Source: the human T2T-CHM13v2.0 reference genome, Homo sapiens
Assembly (NCBI RefSeq): GCF_009914755.1
Contig: NC_060947.1
DNA length: 64,000 nucleotides
Strand: one strand, 5' to 3'
Every line of letters starts with the position of its first letter. The first letter of the stretch is position 1. Under the pieces are notes generated by a model, which was given only the letters and a program-made list of their open reading frames with translations, was not told the origin of the DNA and made no database searches. A program made the position numbers and the translations under genes. This document shows positions 49,919-63,280 of this stretch, piece by piece.

Positions 49919-52900
49919 CATTGCGCATTTAAACATACACCACGTGTTAGAAGATCAATATATTTGGTTATTTGTGAAAGTGCCAAAACTCTGAGAAGTA
50001 AGGGATAATTTACCATAGATGGGTGTTGTTCAGTACCGTGTACTAATGGCCAAAGAGAACACTGTTGTGAGAGGGGGAGTGGGAGAAAGAGGGTAGCAGG
50101 AAAAGGGAACAGGGTAAAAGGCAGGAAGAAAAGAGAGAGAAAGAGTGAGATTTCTGTGGGTGCAGAAAATGAAATTTCTGAAAGTTTACATGCAACCCGG
50201 GAAATCGAGGATATATTGAGAAGGAGCCACTGAATGGTGTCAAAGGACATTTCAACATTTTTATGTAAGGAATTTTTTCTATTACTTGTTTAAGATAAGC
50301 ATGCATTTTTATTTAAAAAGAACCGAAATCGATATTTTGAGGGAATCTAAAAATATATGCCTTCAGCATGATCTTATGATCTATGACATATACAAATACA
50401 AACAATAAATTATGTTGAAATCTGGTGTGATTTTTTTTAAATAAAAGCTTTTCTGTTAGTTGTAGAAATGAGGAGAGAAAACCAGAATAAATTCTGGAAC
50501 TATAGATCCAAACTCTGACAACAAAAATTATTGCCCAGTTTTATTTAGTTAGTTTTTAAAACAATTTTAGCGAGTATTGCTAGGCTGATGAATGCAGGGA
50601 AGAGACATAGCCTGCTTTGATAGCTGACAAACCCCAGTGGCGATCTGACTTTTCCACTTCCCCCTTATATTTCCTTGGACACCAACAAGTTCCCTCCCAG
50701 TGATGCTGTCCTCACACACAGGCCAATCCTGTGTTTGCATTCTTTTGTTTTGGCGTTTGGAATACATTAAAATATAGAAGGCCTTCCACGTTCATGTTCT
50801 TTATTACTGATGAAGGTATCTCTTCAAATCCTCACAGGCCATTCTTTCTTTTTTTGCTTTCTTATTGTAGAATTGAGGGTGCACGATAAATCTCATTTCT
50901 CTTCACCATGCGGTGTGTGAAAAAGTGAAGATAAGTATCTAAATATTTATTTCCTGGGAATTTAAATTCTGAGCATTGGAACCCAGCATTTCTAGACTGA
51001 AATCCAATGGTCCCATGGACCTTGTGTGGCTCCATATTACCAGAAATTACCTCAGATGACCAGGACCTACCTTTGTCACCCGTATTTATCCTTTGTATTC
51101 CAGATGAAACAATGTGCACTTTGGTGTCCTTCTATCAACCCTCTTATTGAAGAGATGTGGATATTTTGCCTATTTCTTCAGAAAGAGAGACCAGAAAACA
51201 GAGCAGCTAAGGATAATTTTAATGTCACACACCACTTTCCGTAGCAGAGCTACACTGAAACCTCATCTACCTTGCTGAATGATGCTCTCACTGGAAAACT
51301 AACCCACAAAATGACCACAGTATTTTACATCTGTGCGAAACTATGACAGCCCGAATGTGCGTCAAGATATCTGTCCTGCTTTTCTCCTCGCAGAGAAACT
51401 GCTGAAAACTATCCCTTACCTTGTATACAGGCATGACTCTTGTCCCAGCCTGACCTTACTTCTGTGTATCCCAGGAAGAACAGGGTTGCTTCTGAAATGA
51501 GAGTCCACAGGATGAACAACAAAGGATTTCTTTCTCTTCACTTTTGAAATCTGAGAAGAACTGCACCATAGAGCAGTTGTGCCACTCTAAGCTCAATGCC
51601 TATGTGTGACAGAAACTGTGTATATTTCTGTCCACTGATAAACGTGTATGCTCCTGGAAACCCTCGTTAAATTTCTTTCTAAGCATCTTAAGATATCATA
51701 TCTGTAAGAGCCATGCAACTGAACATCTTTATTCATTGGCAGTATGTAGATTGCAGCATTGCCTGAGGGAAGCAAATTCCAAAATGTCACAGGTCCACCT
51801 TAATTTGTCCGTGACTGCCAAACACGGGGCTCTCTGTGGGAGTTCAATCTCTTGCCAGGACTCTTTCTCCTCTCCTATTATCTTCATACATAGTTTTACA
51901 AATATTGACCAGTGTGTTTTGGCCCAGGCAGCAACTCAATGTGGGGCTTGCCTTCCTCTGTGCGTGGAGAGTTTGACATCTCTACTTCCTCCTGCCATGA
52001 CGTTTCACCAAAGGGCCCTGAGAGTTTGCAGGCATTTCCGCCACACCAACCAACTTATGACAGCCCTGGAGAGTGTTATAAAAAACGGTATCTGTGATTG
52101 CAACTTAGGTATTGTCCAGAGGAAAAAATCTTTTCCCATGTGTTGCCTTGACTCTGTGTTCTGAATAAGTCATCACAATTTCAGGTTCTAACATGTTGTC
52201 ATCCACTTCATTTGTTTGGTAATAACAATGTGAGTCTCAAGTGAGCCTTCTCAATCCTGTTCGATGCAGATGTTCTGATGATAAATTTAATGTGTCATGG
52301 AAAATATTTATTCATCTTCGACTCAAAAATGCCATGCAGTTTCTCTGTTGACTGGTGCTACAATGACTTATGGCTGAAAGTAGGGATGATTAATTAATCA
52401 GTTTGGGCAATTGACTGCACCTTCTGTGCATCAGCTATGAGGAGCTGTCTTGACACAATGTTAGTGGAATTGGGTATGGGTCATTGCTGGCCAACGGAGG
52501 CACACATCAGAGCCTTCTTCACACAGAAAGTGTCCTGAGACACTTAGCAAAGGGCTTCTGACACATATTTCCGATGCCTCCGCCCCATCCTTGAGTTTGG
52601 GGATCAGCTGTGAGCACTGAGTGTTAGAGGTGGTTTGGTGGGGGGCCTCGTGGAATTTGGCATCCCTTCACGACCAAGCATGCAGTAGGTCGGTTCCAAA
52701 CAAATCCCCACAGTGAATCTGATGAGGAATCTGACCCTATTAACAATCCAAAGCTTCCTCCGTTATCTATGGCTTGAAAAGCTTGTGCCAGGAAATATCT
52801 AGTACTTAAATGTAGTTAGCATGTTCTTTATGTTGTTTGTTCACCTATTGCTCCGACTGGTATAGTTTTGAGTGGCTGACAGCTCAAGTATCAATCCAAC

Positions 52901-53426
52901 TCTGAGAGTAAATGTATATATTTTACTCCCTACAATGCTACTCTCATGCAGGAAACATAACATTTTGTTTTTTATGAAAACTGTCTATCTTATTGTGTCC
53001 CAGGATGTAGATCAGATGTTATTACAAGCAGGAAAAGTTAGGTTCTGAATCAACTGTATTCTTATGCAAAGCCCATCATGACGGTGTTTTCGTGTGCGTC
53101 TGTGTTTGGGGGCTGAGGTATTTATTGGAGAAAGAGGATGTTTGATCTTTCCTTCTGTGTGGGAGATGCCGGCAGCTCTTGCTGAGTGGAATCTGCTGAG
53201 GATGACTCACCAGTCAGTGTTTTTCCTTTTTAGGTTCTGTGAGCTAAGATGATAGGACCCCTGTGGTAGATGGGCTTCATAATATCTATTTTCATAAAAC
53301 AGAGGTCTCTGAACTTTTCTACGCAAGCATCCTTGTTTAAGAAAGATTGTTTTCTAGTACTTTAAAGATGTATCATAAATCATTAAATATCTCCATGGAA
53401 TAATCATCATTATTTTACTTTAGGCA

Positions 53427-53454
53427 ACACACACACACACACACACACACACAC
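53427..53454. repeat. (CA)n microsatellite
   Basis: Direct CA run. Confidence 0.95.
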
Positions 53455-53469
53455 ATTTGAAATCATAAA

Positions 53470-53702
53470 CTAGGAGTTGGCAACTTTTTTCAGTGAAGCG
53501 GCAGATATTAGAAATTTTGGACTTTCAGAGCCATACAATGTCTGTCGCAATTACTCAACTCTGCCATTATATCACGAAAGCAGCTGCAAATACCAAGATT
53601 AAAAAATGAGGGTAGCTATGTTCCAACAAGATATGTCTGGGGGGGGAAAAAAAGCATGTATCAGGCCAGATGCAGCCCTCAGGCTGTAGTGTGCTGACCC
53701 GT
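53470..53702 (+). mobile_element. MER58A-like hAT-Charlie MITE
   Basis: TIR-like taggagttggcaact...gtgctgacccgtg and internal gtctgtcgcaattactcaactctgccatt. Confidence 0.85.
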
Positions 53703-54874
53703 GATATAAAAGATTGAAGATTTAAATGTGTGGAAAAATCTCATGTTATCTTTCTGGGTCCCAATACATCATCATTTGTTGATGGCTGGTGTAGCTGAGC
53801 ATTCCTTTGCAAACTGGCTCCATAAAAGAAAAGTTGTGTCTCTCTATGGCTTTTCTGTACTTGTGACAGAAAGCACAGGCTCCTTAGTAAAGGCTGTTTT
53901 ATGTCTTTTTGGGTGCCTGCTAGTAGATATTGTTGATGATGGGGCTGGTAACTCATTCTATCTATCAATAATGGTTTGAAACAGATGCACAGTTTCTTGG
54001 GAACTTATTGCTGACTTCCTTGTATGAAATATGCCTTAAGAAGCGGCAAATGGTAGGTCAGGGATATCTGAATCTCTCAGTTCAACATTTCTTAGAGTGT
54101 GCATCAATGCCATTGCCCCATCTCTGGCAATACCCTTTGTCCTTGACCACCCAGCTCCCTATTGGGTCTGGTCCCTTGGACTTGCGGGCATTATCGGCTT
54201 TGATAAGGCCACTTGGAAACAGGAGACCTGGGAGAGAAGGAAGCATATTGTAACTCCCTTTCTGCCTCCTCTTTCTAGCATTGCTACCCCAACAAATGCT
54301 CTTCATCCAGCAGTGCCATGCAGTTTCCTTTCAGGGTATGAAGGAACAGATGCCATTTTCTTCTAACTTTAGGGACACTATGCATCAAACCCACTCAGGT
54401 CATTCAACAGAGTAGCCTGCTGGTGGCCTCTCTCTGTTCAAAGTCTGAGTCCCAGCCCTGAGGAAGCCTCCTCTAAGGTCCTAATGCTCAGCACTTATCG
54501 GGCAGCTACCCTTTCTCAGATGTAAGTACCCAGGTTCCTGGGGTCATTCCTCTTTGCCCCTTTAAAATGCACTCTTATCTGGGCTGCCCTCTTTGCTCAG
54601 CGTCTGGTTCCCAGCAATTTGGTTCCGTCCTACCTCATTATGAGTTCTCACAACCCTCAGATCTTCCTTTCTTTTGCCCTACTCTGGGGATGGGAATTCC
54701 TTCCAGCACTCCCAATCTCTGTGCCATGCTTCACCTTAGGCCTGTGTACACACCCCAAGCCTATGTAACCAATTCCCTCCATGCAATCCACACTCTGGAA
54801 TATCTGGGGTTTTTTTTCTAGACAGAAACCAGGCTTCAACCTGCCTGGTGTCCATGTGTTTCTGGCTGGATCCT

Positions 54875-55581
54875 TGTATTAGTCCATTTTCAAGCTGCTG
54901 ATAAAGACATACCTGATACTGGATAATTTACAAAAGAAAGAAGTTTATTGGGCTTACAGTTCCACATGGCTAGGGAGGCCTCACAATCCTGGTGGAAGGC
55001 AATGAGGAGCAAGTCATATTTTACGTGGATGGCAGCAGGCAAAGATAGAGCTTGTGCAGAGAAACTCCCGTTTTTGTTTTTTTGTGGGTTTTTGTTTGTT
55101 TGTTTTTGTTTGTTTGTTTTTTGAGATGGAGTCTCGCTCTGTCACTGAGGCTGGAGTGTAGTGGCACTATCTAGGCTCACTGCAAGCCCCGCCTCCTGGG
55201 TTCACGCCATTCTCCTGCCTCAGCCTCCCGAGTAGCTGGGATTACAGGCGCCCGCTACCATGCCCGTCTAATTTTCTGTGATTTTAGTAGAGACGGGGTT
55301 TCACCGTGTTAGCCAGGATGGTCTGGATCTCCTGACCTCGTGATCCACCCACCTCGCCTCCCAAAGTGCTGGGATTACAGACGTGAGCCACCGCGCCTGG
55401 CCTAAACTCCCGTTTTTAAGCCATCAGTTCTTGTGAGATCCATTCACTATCAGGAGAACAGCATGAGAAAGGCCAGTCCCCATGATTCAGTCATTTCCCA
55501 CCGGGTCCCTCCCACAACACGTGGGAATTATGGGAGCTACAAGATTAGCTTTGGGTGGAGACACAGAGCCAAACCATATCA
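54875..55581 (-). mobile_element. THE1 (THE1A-like) solo LTR interrupted by AluY
   Basis: tgtattagtcc...gccaaaccatatca. TSD ATCCT at 54870-54874 and 55582-55586. Confidence 0.95.
55076..55402 (-). mobile_element. AluY
   Basis: Y diagnostics gggttcacgccattctcc and accgtgttagccaggatggtc. TSD AAACTCCCGTTTTT at 55062-55075 and 55404-55417. Confidence 0.95.
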
Positions 55582-58500
55582 ATCCTGCCTTCGCTTTTAG
55601 CGACTACTTCTTGTATCTGCCGTTGATGTCTCCCACATTTTCTCTTCCAATGTTGCTTCTTCCTCAATTTGTCTCCTTAGCCTTCTAGAAATCTAACAGT
55701 TACAGATCTCTTTGAAATTACATTGTATCCTGTCTTTTCTGCATTTTCTCTGTTATTGCATCTACACAGACATTTTATTATTTCTTCTTTCACTGTCTCT
55801 AATGTCAATAGATTCTTGATTTTAGCAATTGGGGTGGGAGTTGCCCCTTTGATATGATAAAATTTCTTTGCTGTTCTTTCAGAAAAGTTTTCTCAGTGAA
55901 TACAAATTTGGATCCATATGAAATATCTCTGCAAGTTGTTTCCAAAGCTTACCCTCAAATTTTAATTTGTCTACTATTATTGCAGCTCCACTTGTATTTT
56001 TTGCCTTCATTTAGGACCAATATATCTTTTTATGTCTCCTTGTGTTTTTAGGATACTTTGTTTAGGTGCATTTGTAAGATAACTGCCCACACATCTTTTG
56101 AAACATTACAGTGTATTTTAACAGTAAAGTTGAAAGTCCTCACTCATAACTGGCTATGATCCTGTTTTGTTTTGTTTTGTTTTTCTGTTTTCACATGAAT
56201 TCCATTTCATCGGCTTAGAAATGGCACTTAGAACAGATTTTTTTTCCCTAAGGGTTCACGTGTCTTTCTGTTTCAAGTGAAAACTGCATAAAATGGTGTT
56301 CCAAGTTGATGGGAGTTTCACGTAAGTTGGGCAAGACTGTATTGAGTATATTGGTCTAAAACCTGATATTCTCCCCTAATATTTTCTTTCTGTATTAATA
56401 CCTTTCAGTCTACCTTATTATTTAATAATAACACTGAACTAAACTAGGTCTAAAAGGCAATTTTCCTTAACATGATAAGGCGCATCTAAGGGAAACCAGC
56501 AGTTAACATTAGACTTAGTGGTGACATAGTGAAACCTTTTTTCTTAATATCAAGAACAAGACAAGAGTGTGGATTCTTGACACTTTAAAGTCAGTTGTTG
56601 ATAACATAAAAACTATTATTGACTTCAAATTATATGTCTCATAGTTCAACAATATTTTTCATCATAAATGTGTATATGTACATGTTTGTTTACACATGCT
56701 TGTATATCTAATAAGTAATATGTAACGGCATTTACACATACCTATGTTGGTAATAATGTGTGCATTCCTTTTTCTTGAACAGAAACTCATAATCATACAG
56801 GTTTGGATGCCTATACTTCGGAGAATTCAGAGACAAGTCAGTTATTAAGCTACAGGTGCCATTTGAGAACACAATAAAAAGGTAAATAACCTGTGACTCA
56901 GTCACTTCAGTCTCCTCTCAGCATGACTTGTAAGCCTTTCCTGCAAAACCAGATTGATCATCCCCCAAATATCTCCCCCAACAATCCAACATAAACACAC
57001 ATACTGCATTCCACAAGAGTCCTGATATTGATGCATATATTCCATGATCACTGCCTGTACACGTTTCTGTAAATGTTTATGTTTCCAGTATTAACATTAT
57101 TTTCAGCTTCACTATTTACTTATTACCTGAAACCTCTAGGAAATGTGAAATGTTTAAAACTCAAACCAAGAAATCTGTTAAGCACAAGTATACCAATCAC
57201 CCAGGAATATGTATTATAAAGATGTGAGTTCACATACCCCAGAATTTTTATTTAGCTGTACATGTGTTATACAAGATATCCAAAAGGCATTTTAAATTGT
57301 ATTTTTGTATTTATTGATATTCACATTGGCTTGCGTCTTTTTATGTGTGAAATCCTTTATCAGAGTACTTTCAATATGTAACCAAAATACCAGTTAAGGT
57401 TTTTTCTGATTACAAAACTAATACATACGTGAGAGAAACAGAAGGGAAGTATGTTAAATAAAAATGTTAAGCTGTTCCCTCTCTACGTGCCTTTGTCTCT
57501 TATATATAATCTTGCAGATTTTTTCTTTTTATATTTTGTGCTAGGAGGAATACCTCTCTCTTCTCTTCCTCTAGGGAGACAGATAAGCAGATATGGACAT
57601 ACAGATACAGTGAGAAATAAAGATATATAAATATCCATCCTCTTTTGCACATCAATAATAATACCATACTAATAGAACATTGAACAGCACCACACTAACT
57701 TTTAAAATAAATTCAATTTTTCAGAAGACCATTGTTATAAAAGTGTCTCCAATATCTCAGTTTAGAATTGAACAACGCACTGTCTGAAAAGTGTCAAAGC
57801 AATAATATTAAAATAAAAGGGACATACCATAATTGGCAAGTCTGAAATTTGTAACATCATAGTCAATTTTAGATCATCAAGAAATAAATGTTTCAAATTG
57901 AGTAATTTAATTTTTGAATTCCCCACTTAACTTATGTTCTATGACGTTTGCTCTTTTGTTGAAGAGCAAAATGATTAGTTGGAAATAAATTGTGTTTGCC
58001 TAGTAAAGAGCACTGAATTTTGGAGGAATTATTTTGGAAGCTCTATTTTGTTAACCCCTTTCCCGAGTGAGGGTTTAAATCACTTCTGGTGGAAAAAGAA
58101 CATAATTCTAGGCAAAAAAATCCTTCCAAAATGAGGATACTTTTCTTGCTATAAACCCCACCACATCATTACCCACAGGCAGCAATTCATTTTCTCTCAT
58201 TTTTATCCCAATGCCCCTTCCCTACAACCACTAGGTATTTACTAGAACTTCTTGTAAGCTCCAGGCTTTTGATTTTAAAGCCTCCAAAAAAGTATTTTCG
58301 TAAAATATGTGTTGGACTTTCCGTTTATCGTAATAAAAGCACAACTATAAAATTGTTTTTATAAAGAAAATATGTTCTCACCTATTATTGCACCTTTTCA
58401 TCTCGAGATTAATTTTAGCATACATTTTCACACATACTTTATAAAGATGCTTTAAGGATTTCATTGGGTTAACAGTGAGTTTTTTAAACATTGGGTAAGA

Positions 58501-59717
58501 ACTTATGTCTTTTAAAATTTTTCTCTTATGTTGTTCTCTGGTTTCATATATTTCTTCCGAGGAGTCACACCTAATTGGAGGAAGATTGCTTTTGTAAACA
58601 ATATTTAAATGACAACTATTACAAACTGATAACTCACGAAGTTGTCCTCAGCTTTTTACTTAGGAACAAAAAAACTAGACTTGCTTTTCACTTTCCAAAT
58701 TATATCATAAGACTGTAATATACATACACACATTCAAATTACCAGATTTTCAGTATTGAAGCTCTGAGTCCCAATATTTCTCTAAACATCCAGTCATAGA
58801 ACCTATCCTTCAGGTACATCTTTGAGAACAAGCTCCTACTTAGTAAAGGAAAAACATGAGTACTTCAGAAAAAGAACTGTACAACATTCATGGTTTATCT
58901 TTAGGGCAAAATTTTAACACTAAAGTGAATATTTTCCCTTTTAAAGCCCATTCCTATGCAATCTAAGATTGTTTCTCCATTCCAGGAGGCTTTCTTTCAA
59001 AGGCGCTCTTTTAACCCTTCAGTCTCTATTACCCTACCACAGAAGAGGTGTTCAATATCCCCTGTGACTGTAATAATATCACACACAGTGTTTTGGGTTA
59101 AAAGGTCAAGGGTAACTTCTTTTTCTGAAGGTGAGACCTCCATAATTACTAACATCCAGGTGAGCGAACAATGTGTGTCTTTTATTGATTTCCCTGAGTT
59201 TTGCACAAAAATAAGGAGTTGTCTGTGATCATAAAATAAGTCATAGCATGGTACTTCATAATAGACAACAATTAAATTGTATAAAACCAAGGTGCTATCC
59301 ATGAGACTGAAAAACTTTTGTCTAAGCCAACAATTATGTGTTCTTTATTACAAAGGGTGATGCAGATCTAAATGTGCTGACATAGAAAAAAATTTAGGTT
59401 AAAATAATCAGATTAGAGACCAATGCGGTAGAAATGATGCAGGTTATGTAAAGCATACACACACATGGGGCACAACGCTCTGATACTTAACTAAGATAAA
59501 AATGAGACAATATCTTGAACAGTAAACAGAAATCTGATGGCATGGATACACATGAAGCAAGAGTGGAATAAGGATGGAAGTGGATAGTGAACGTGCGCTT
59601 GACTTTCCCCATCATATTGTAAAAGATTACACAAAGGCTGCATTTACACATACATGTACACCTAAGTATTATTTTATAGAGACTCTAAGGAGATATGACA
59701 TGAAATGTTGGATATAA

Positions 59718-60122
59718 GTGAACAAAAACAAAGCAACCATAGCAAAATGGGACCATAAAGAAGAGATTGTAAGGAAAATCTTCTTGAAAGTTCTTAGGCT
59801 GGTATTTTATATTGATCAAAGAAAATCTTCATTATTAAAACGTATATACCTAACCACATAAGAGATACACAATTGTAGTCCCGGGAGACAGCCTGAAGAG
59901 TAGCATAATGAAAGGAATAAAATAATGAAAAATATAAAGTGCAATATTCAAGACGTTCTAAAAATTCCCCCAAGTATAACATTCACACATGCAGAGACAA
60001 TTTTATAATGAATATTTCTTTCAATCAATATAAAATATCAGTCTAAGATCTTTTCAAAGATATTTATTTACATGCTCTTCCTTATGGTACCATTTTGCTA
60101 TAGTTGCTTTTTTTGTGTTCAC
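59718..60122. repeat. Degenerate long inverted repeat (arms ~59718-59842 and ~59998-60122)
   Basis: gtgaacaaaaacaaagcaaccatagcaaaatgggaccataaagaagag...ggtattttatattgatcaaagaaaatcttcattat matches the reverse complement of the right arm at roughly 80% by eye. Confidence 0.9.
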
Positions 60123-60259
60123 AAAACACACACTCCAACATATACACACACCTACGCTCACTATGTAAAACTCCTAGAAACTAAAGTCAAAGGGAAACTC
60201 TAAAAGAGAAGAGAGAAAAACAAACGTGTTTACCAGGCAGTGTCCTCCTTTTTTAAATC

Positions 60260-60958
60260 AGAAAGAACTTGATGGTATTATTTGGAGGCTGAAAGAGGCA
60301 AATAGGGTGCAATGAAGTAACAAAAAGAGCAATGGTAGAAAGGAGCAAGCACTTCTAGGTCTGGATGAAACCGAGGGAAGATATGCTGGTTCTTAAAACC
60401 AATAAGCTTGGATGAGGAGATTCTCAGAGCTGGACACAGGCTTCTGAGAAATGGAGGCTGCCTGGCTAGAAGTGGTTTCTAAAGGTCATAGAAGATACCC
60501 CTAAAAATGGGACACTTACGCATGATGATGGTGACCTGATCTCTGCTCATGCCAGAACATCAAGATCTTGGATGAGGCCACCCTCAAGGCTGAGACCCAG
60601 AGCTCAGAGGAGAGAAAGAGTTCACCAGTGTGCTAGCACTGGTCTCTCTGAGAGGGCCAGACATAGACAGTCCTTGGAGTTTGGACAAAATCTCTATTAT
60701 GAATGACCTGCCACCACTGAGATCACATGGCCTTGTTTTTGTCTAGAGCTTTCACTGGGATGATGCTGAGAGGAACAAGAACAGAGATGAATGTACATCC
60801 TGCTTCTTCTTCCTGCACACTTTCTGTCTCCCTCTGGTGAGCCCAAATTGTAGAGCCCAACAGGGAGCAGGTTGGTAAAAGCAAAATGGGGATTGCAGTG
60901 TGCCAACATCATAGAGCAGAGTATAGGATTTGGAGCCTAGAGACTTTACCTAGCACCT
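60260..60958 (-). mobile_element. Old ERVL LTR (LTR41/LTR33-like)
   Basis: caacagggagcaggttggtaaaagcaaaatg...catcatagagcagagtatagg...tttggagcctagagac resembles the reverse complement of this family's 5' end. Confidence 0.55.
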
Positions 60959-61656
60959 GCTTCTTGTGAAAGCATATATCCCAACAAAGAATACAACAGT
61001 AAGTATTTTAGATACAGTACATTTCTCTTGAAACATAATAAACACAGAAATAAGTATAACATTAGCAACATCTACTTCCTAAAATGTGAAAAAAAAATCA
61101 GAACCAGATTTTTGTAATGAGCTTGTACCTTATATTTATGTGATAAAGGGGAGCCATTTACAGATTTTAATTATCCACAGGATGACAGGAAATTTGTCTT
61201 TTAAAGAGAAAACTTTTCTTAATTCGTGTGTCAGTTACTCAAGATGAGCACGATATCAACCCTAAAGTTCCACAAATTCACATTCAAGTGCCCAGTCCTA
61301 CTCATTTTGTCTCATGATATTCTGACATCAAATTTTCTCTCCCATAATGTGCACATAATTCCTTTTGCTGTAAGTAGATATAACATAAATAAAGAACATC
61401 TTAACTGTTACAAGCTAAAATCTTTGTTAAGCTGAGGTGTCAGATCAGAAATACTTGAAGACTTCTGCTTTAAAGAACTCAGATAATGATGCTCTCACGC
61501 ACTAGCTGTCATCTTAGAACACAGAAACACAGAAGGAATGAGAGATGTCTCATAGCCTCAGACTCCCTTCAGGAGGAACTTCGAGACTCTTCAATAGAAC
61601 AAGAGGGCTTATAGCCCCTAATATCTAACGAAAAACCTGACTCTCCCAAAATACAA

Positions 61657-61680
61657 ACACACACACACACACGCACGCAT

Positions 61681-61710
<30 letters not shown>
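61657..61710. repeat. Compound (CA)n/(CACG)n microsatellite
   Basis: About 54 bp of alternating purine-pyrimidine. Confidence 0.95.
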
Positions 61711-61714
<4 letters not shown>

Positions 61715-63159
61715 TCGCAGTGATAGGAGACAACTACTAGGTCATGTATTTTTGCTGGTAGTCCATCCTTCCAGCATATAAATATCCTTGTTAAATGTTT
61801 CTACCTCCAGGATAAAATGGCATATCCCAGTTGTCATAGAAACCAGAATGTCAGCAAAGCATTTTCCTTAACATGAGCTTTCTCAGGAAACCAGAAAACA
61901 CACCTACATCAGTAGAGCACTGATATCGAGCTCAGTTATTTCCCCATAGCCAATTCAATGAATAAATGAATGAATGAAACATTAGAAATAATACCCAAAA
62001 TTTTTCATGAAATAGGCATTTGGGGAAAGGGAGTTTTTTACACAAGGGATTAGGGAAGAAGTAAAAGGGGGTTAAGAAGCTTAGTTCTCCTGTTAGAGAC
62101 AGACTCAAGTTCCAATTCCTGTTACACATCATCTTTCAGCCTTCCAGAACATAAAAGGTTGGGTACATTTGTGTAGGCCAGATACATTGGTGCAGGAGAG
62201 AGTATGTGGATTGTTGGTCTCTAAAATAGCCTATGAAGGAGAAAATATACGAAGACAAAGCACCTGGATGTCAATGGAAGGCAAACCAGAAACTCAGGTT
62301 TTGCCAGGGCCAAAGGAAGCTGGGCCTATATTTGGACAAATGTGTATTTGAAGTGTTGGAAGGACAAAATGGTTCCTGAGAAGGGAAACAACTTCCACAA
62401 AGTATCCCGTGCCCTAGGGCAACAGGGAGATAAAGCTGAGTATCTCATATTTGAAAATCTGTTCTGCCCAAGTAATGTTGAAACCACACTGCCAGTGGAT
62501 AATATGCTTTGAGGTAGTTCCATTACAAACATGTTAAGATTTTTAAAAATTCAGTCAGGTTGGTGAGGACCACACAAAGCCATCATCAGGACATACAAGT
62601 ACACACAGGTTCTGTCATGCACAGCCATTCACATTGAGGAGACAGCTGCACTATGATGTGTCACTTTCTCCTATAATTAGCTTAGAAGCCATGACTGTGT
62701 GCCCAGTCCTGGCCAGTAACATGAAGAAAACAGGTCCTCAGGTGGGGAGGCATGCAGTTCTGACTTCCACTGTTTCTTGGTTTCTCTGGTTTAAGAACTC
62801 CCACTGTGGTCTATTATTTTTAGCCACCAAGATGATGTCACTGAACACCAAGTTGACAAGTGATGCAGAGAATCAGTTCTCATGCACTGGTCTGAACCAG
62901 CTCCAGAACACCACTGGACCTGTGAACTAGAGCAAAACAAAGTCATCCCACTCTGTATGGACGCTGCAAGAAAAAGGCCGTGTTGGATTAGATATATACC
63001 TGTGTGCAAACTACATGAAAGGAATGATTCCACAGGTTCTTAGCGCAGAGGAAATGGAGGTAGATATCAACACGCACAATCTAACCTATCTAATTTCTCA
63101 GGAAAAGCAAATAGTGGGGTGTTTTTATGGTCAATCCTTTTAATTCAAAGACACTTTGA

Positions 63160-63280
63160 GGAAGACAGATGGGGGTTTGAGTTTTAGTTGTGCCACTCAC
63201 CAGCTGTGCGACTTTCAACATGCTGCTAAACCTCTCTGTCCTATAGTCTGCATTTAGGTCGAGGAAAATGGTAATATCAC
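63160..63280 (+). mobile_element. MIR core fragment
   Basis: tgccactcaccagctgtgcgactt...aacctctctgtcc...aaaatggtaata matches the MIR core. Confidence 0.7.

Noticed and set aside
52706-52740. CACAGTG heptamer (RSS) and TGATGA...CTGA (C/D box) motifs
   Set aside because: There is no nonamer at 12/23 spacing and no V-gene ORF. The C and D boxes are only a few nt apart, too close for a snoRNA.
53728-54366. Cluster of overlapping short ORFs as a processed pseudogene
   Set aside because: No protein similarity I can recognise, and no poly(A) or TSD. A tblastx search would be needed to exclude it fully.
58997-59302. 101-aa minus-strand ORF as a coding exon
   Set aside because: No recognisable domain, no clear splice boundaries, and a length expected by chance.
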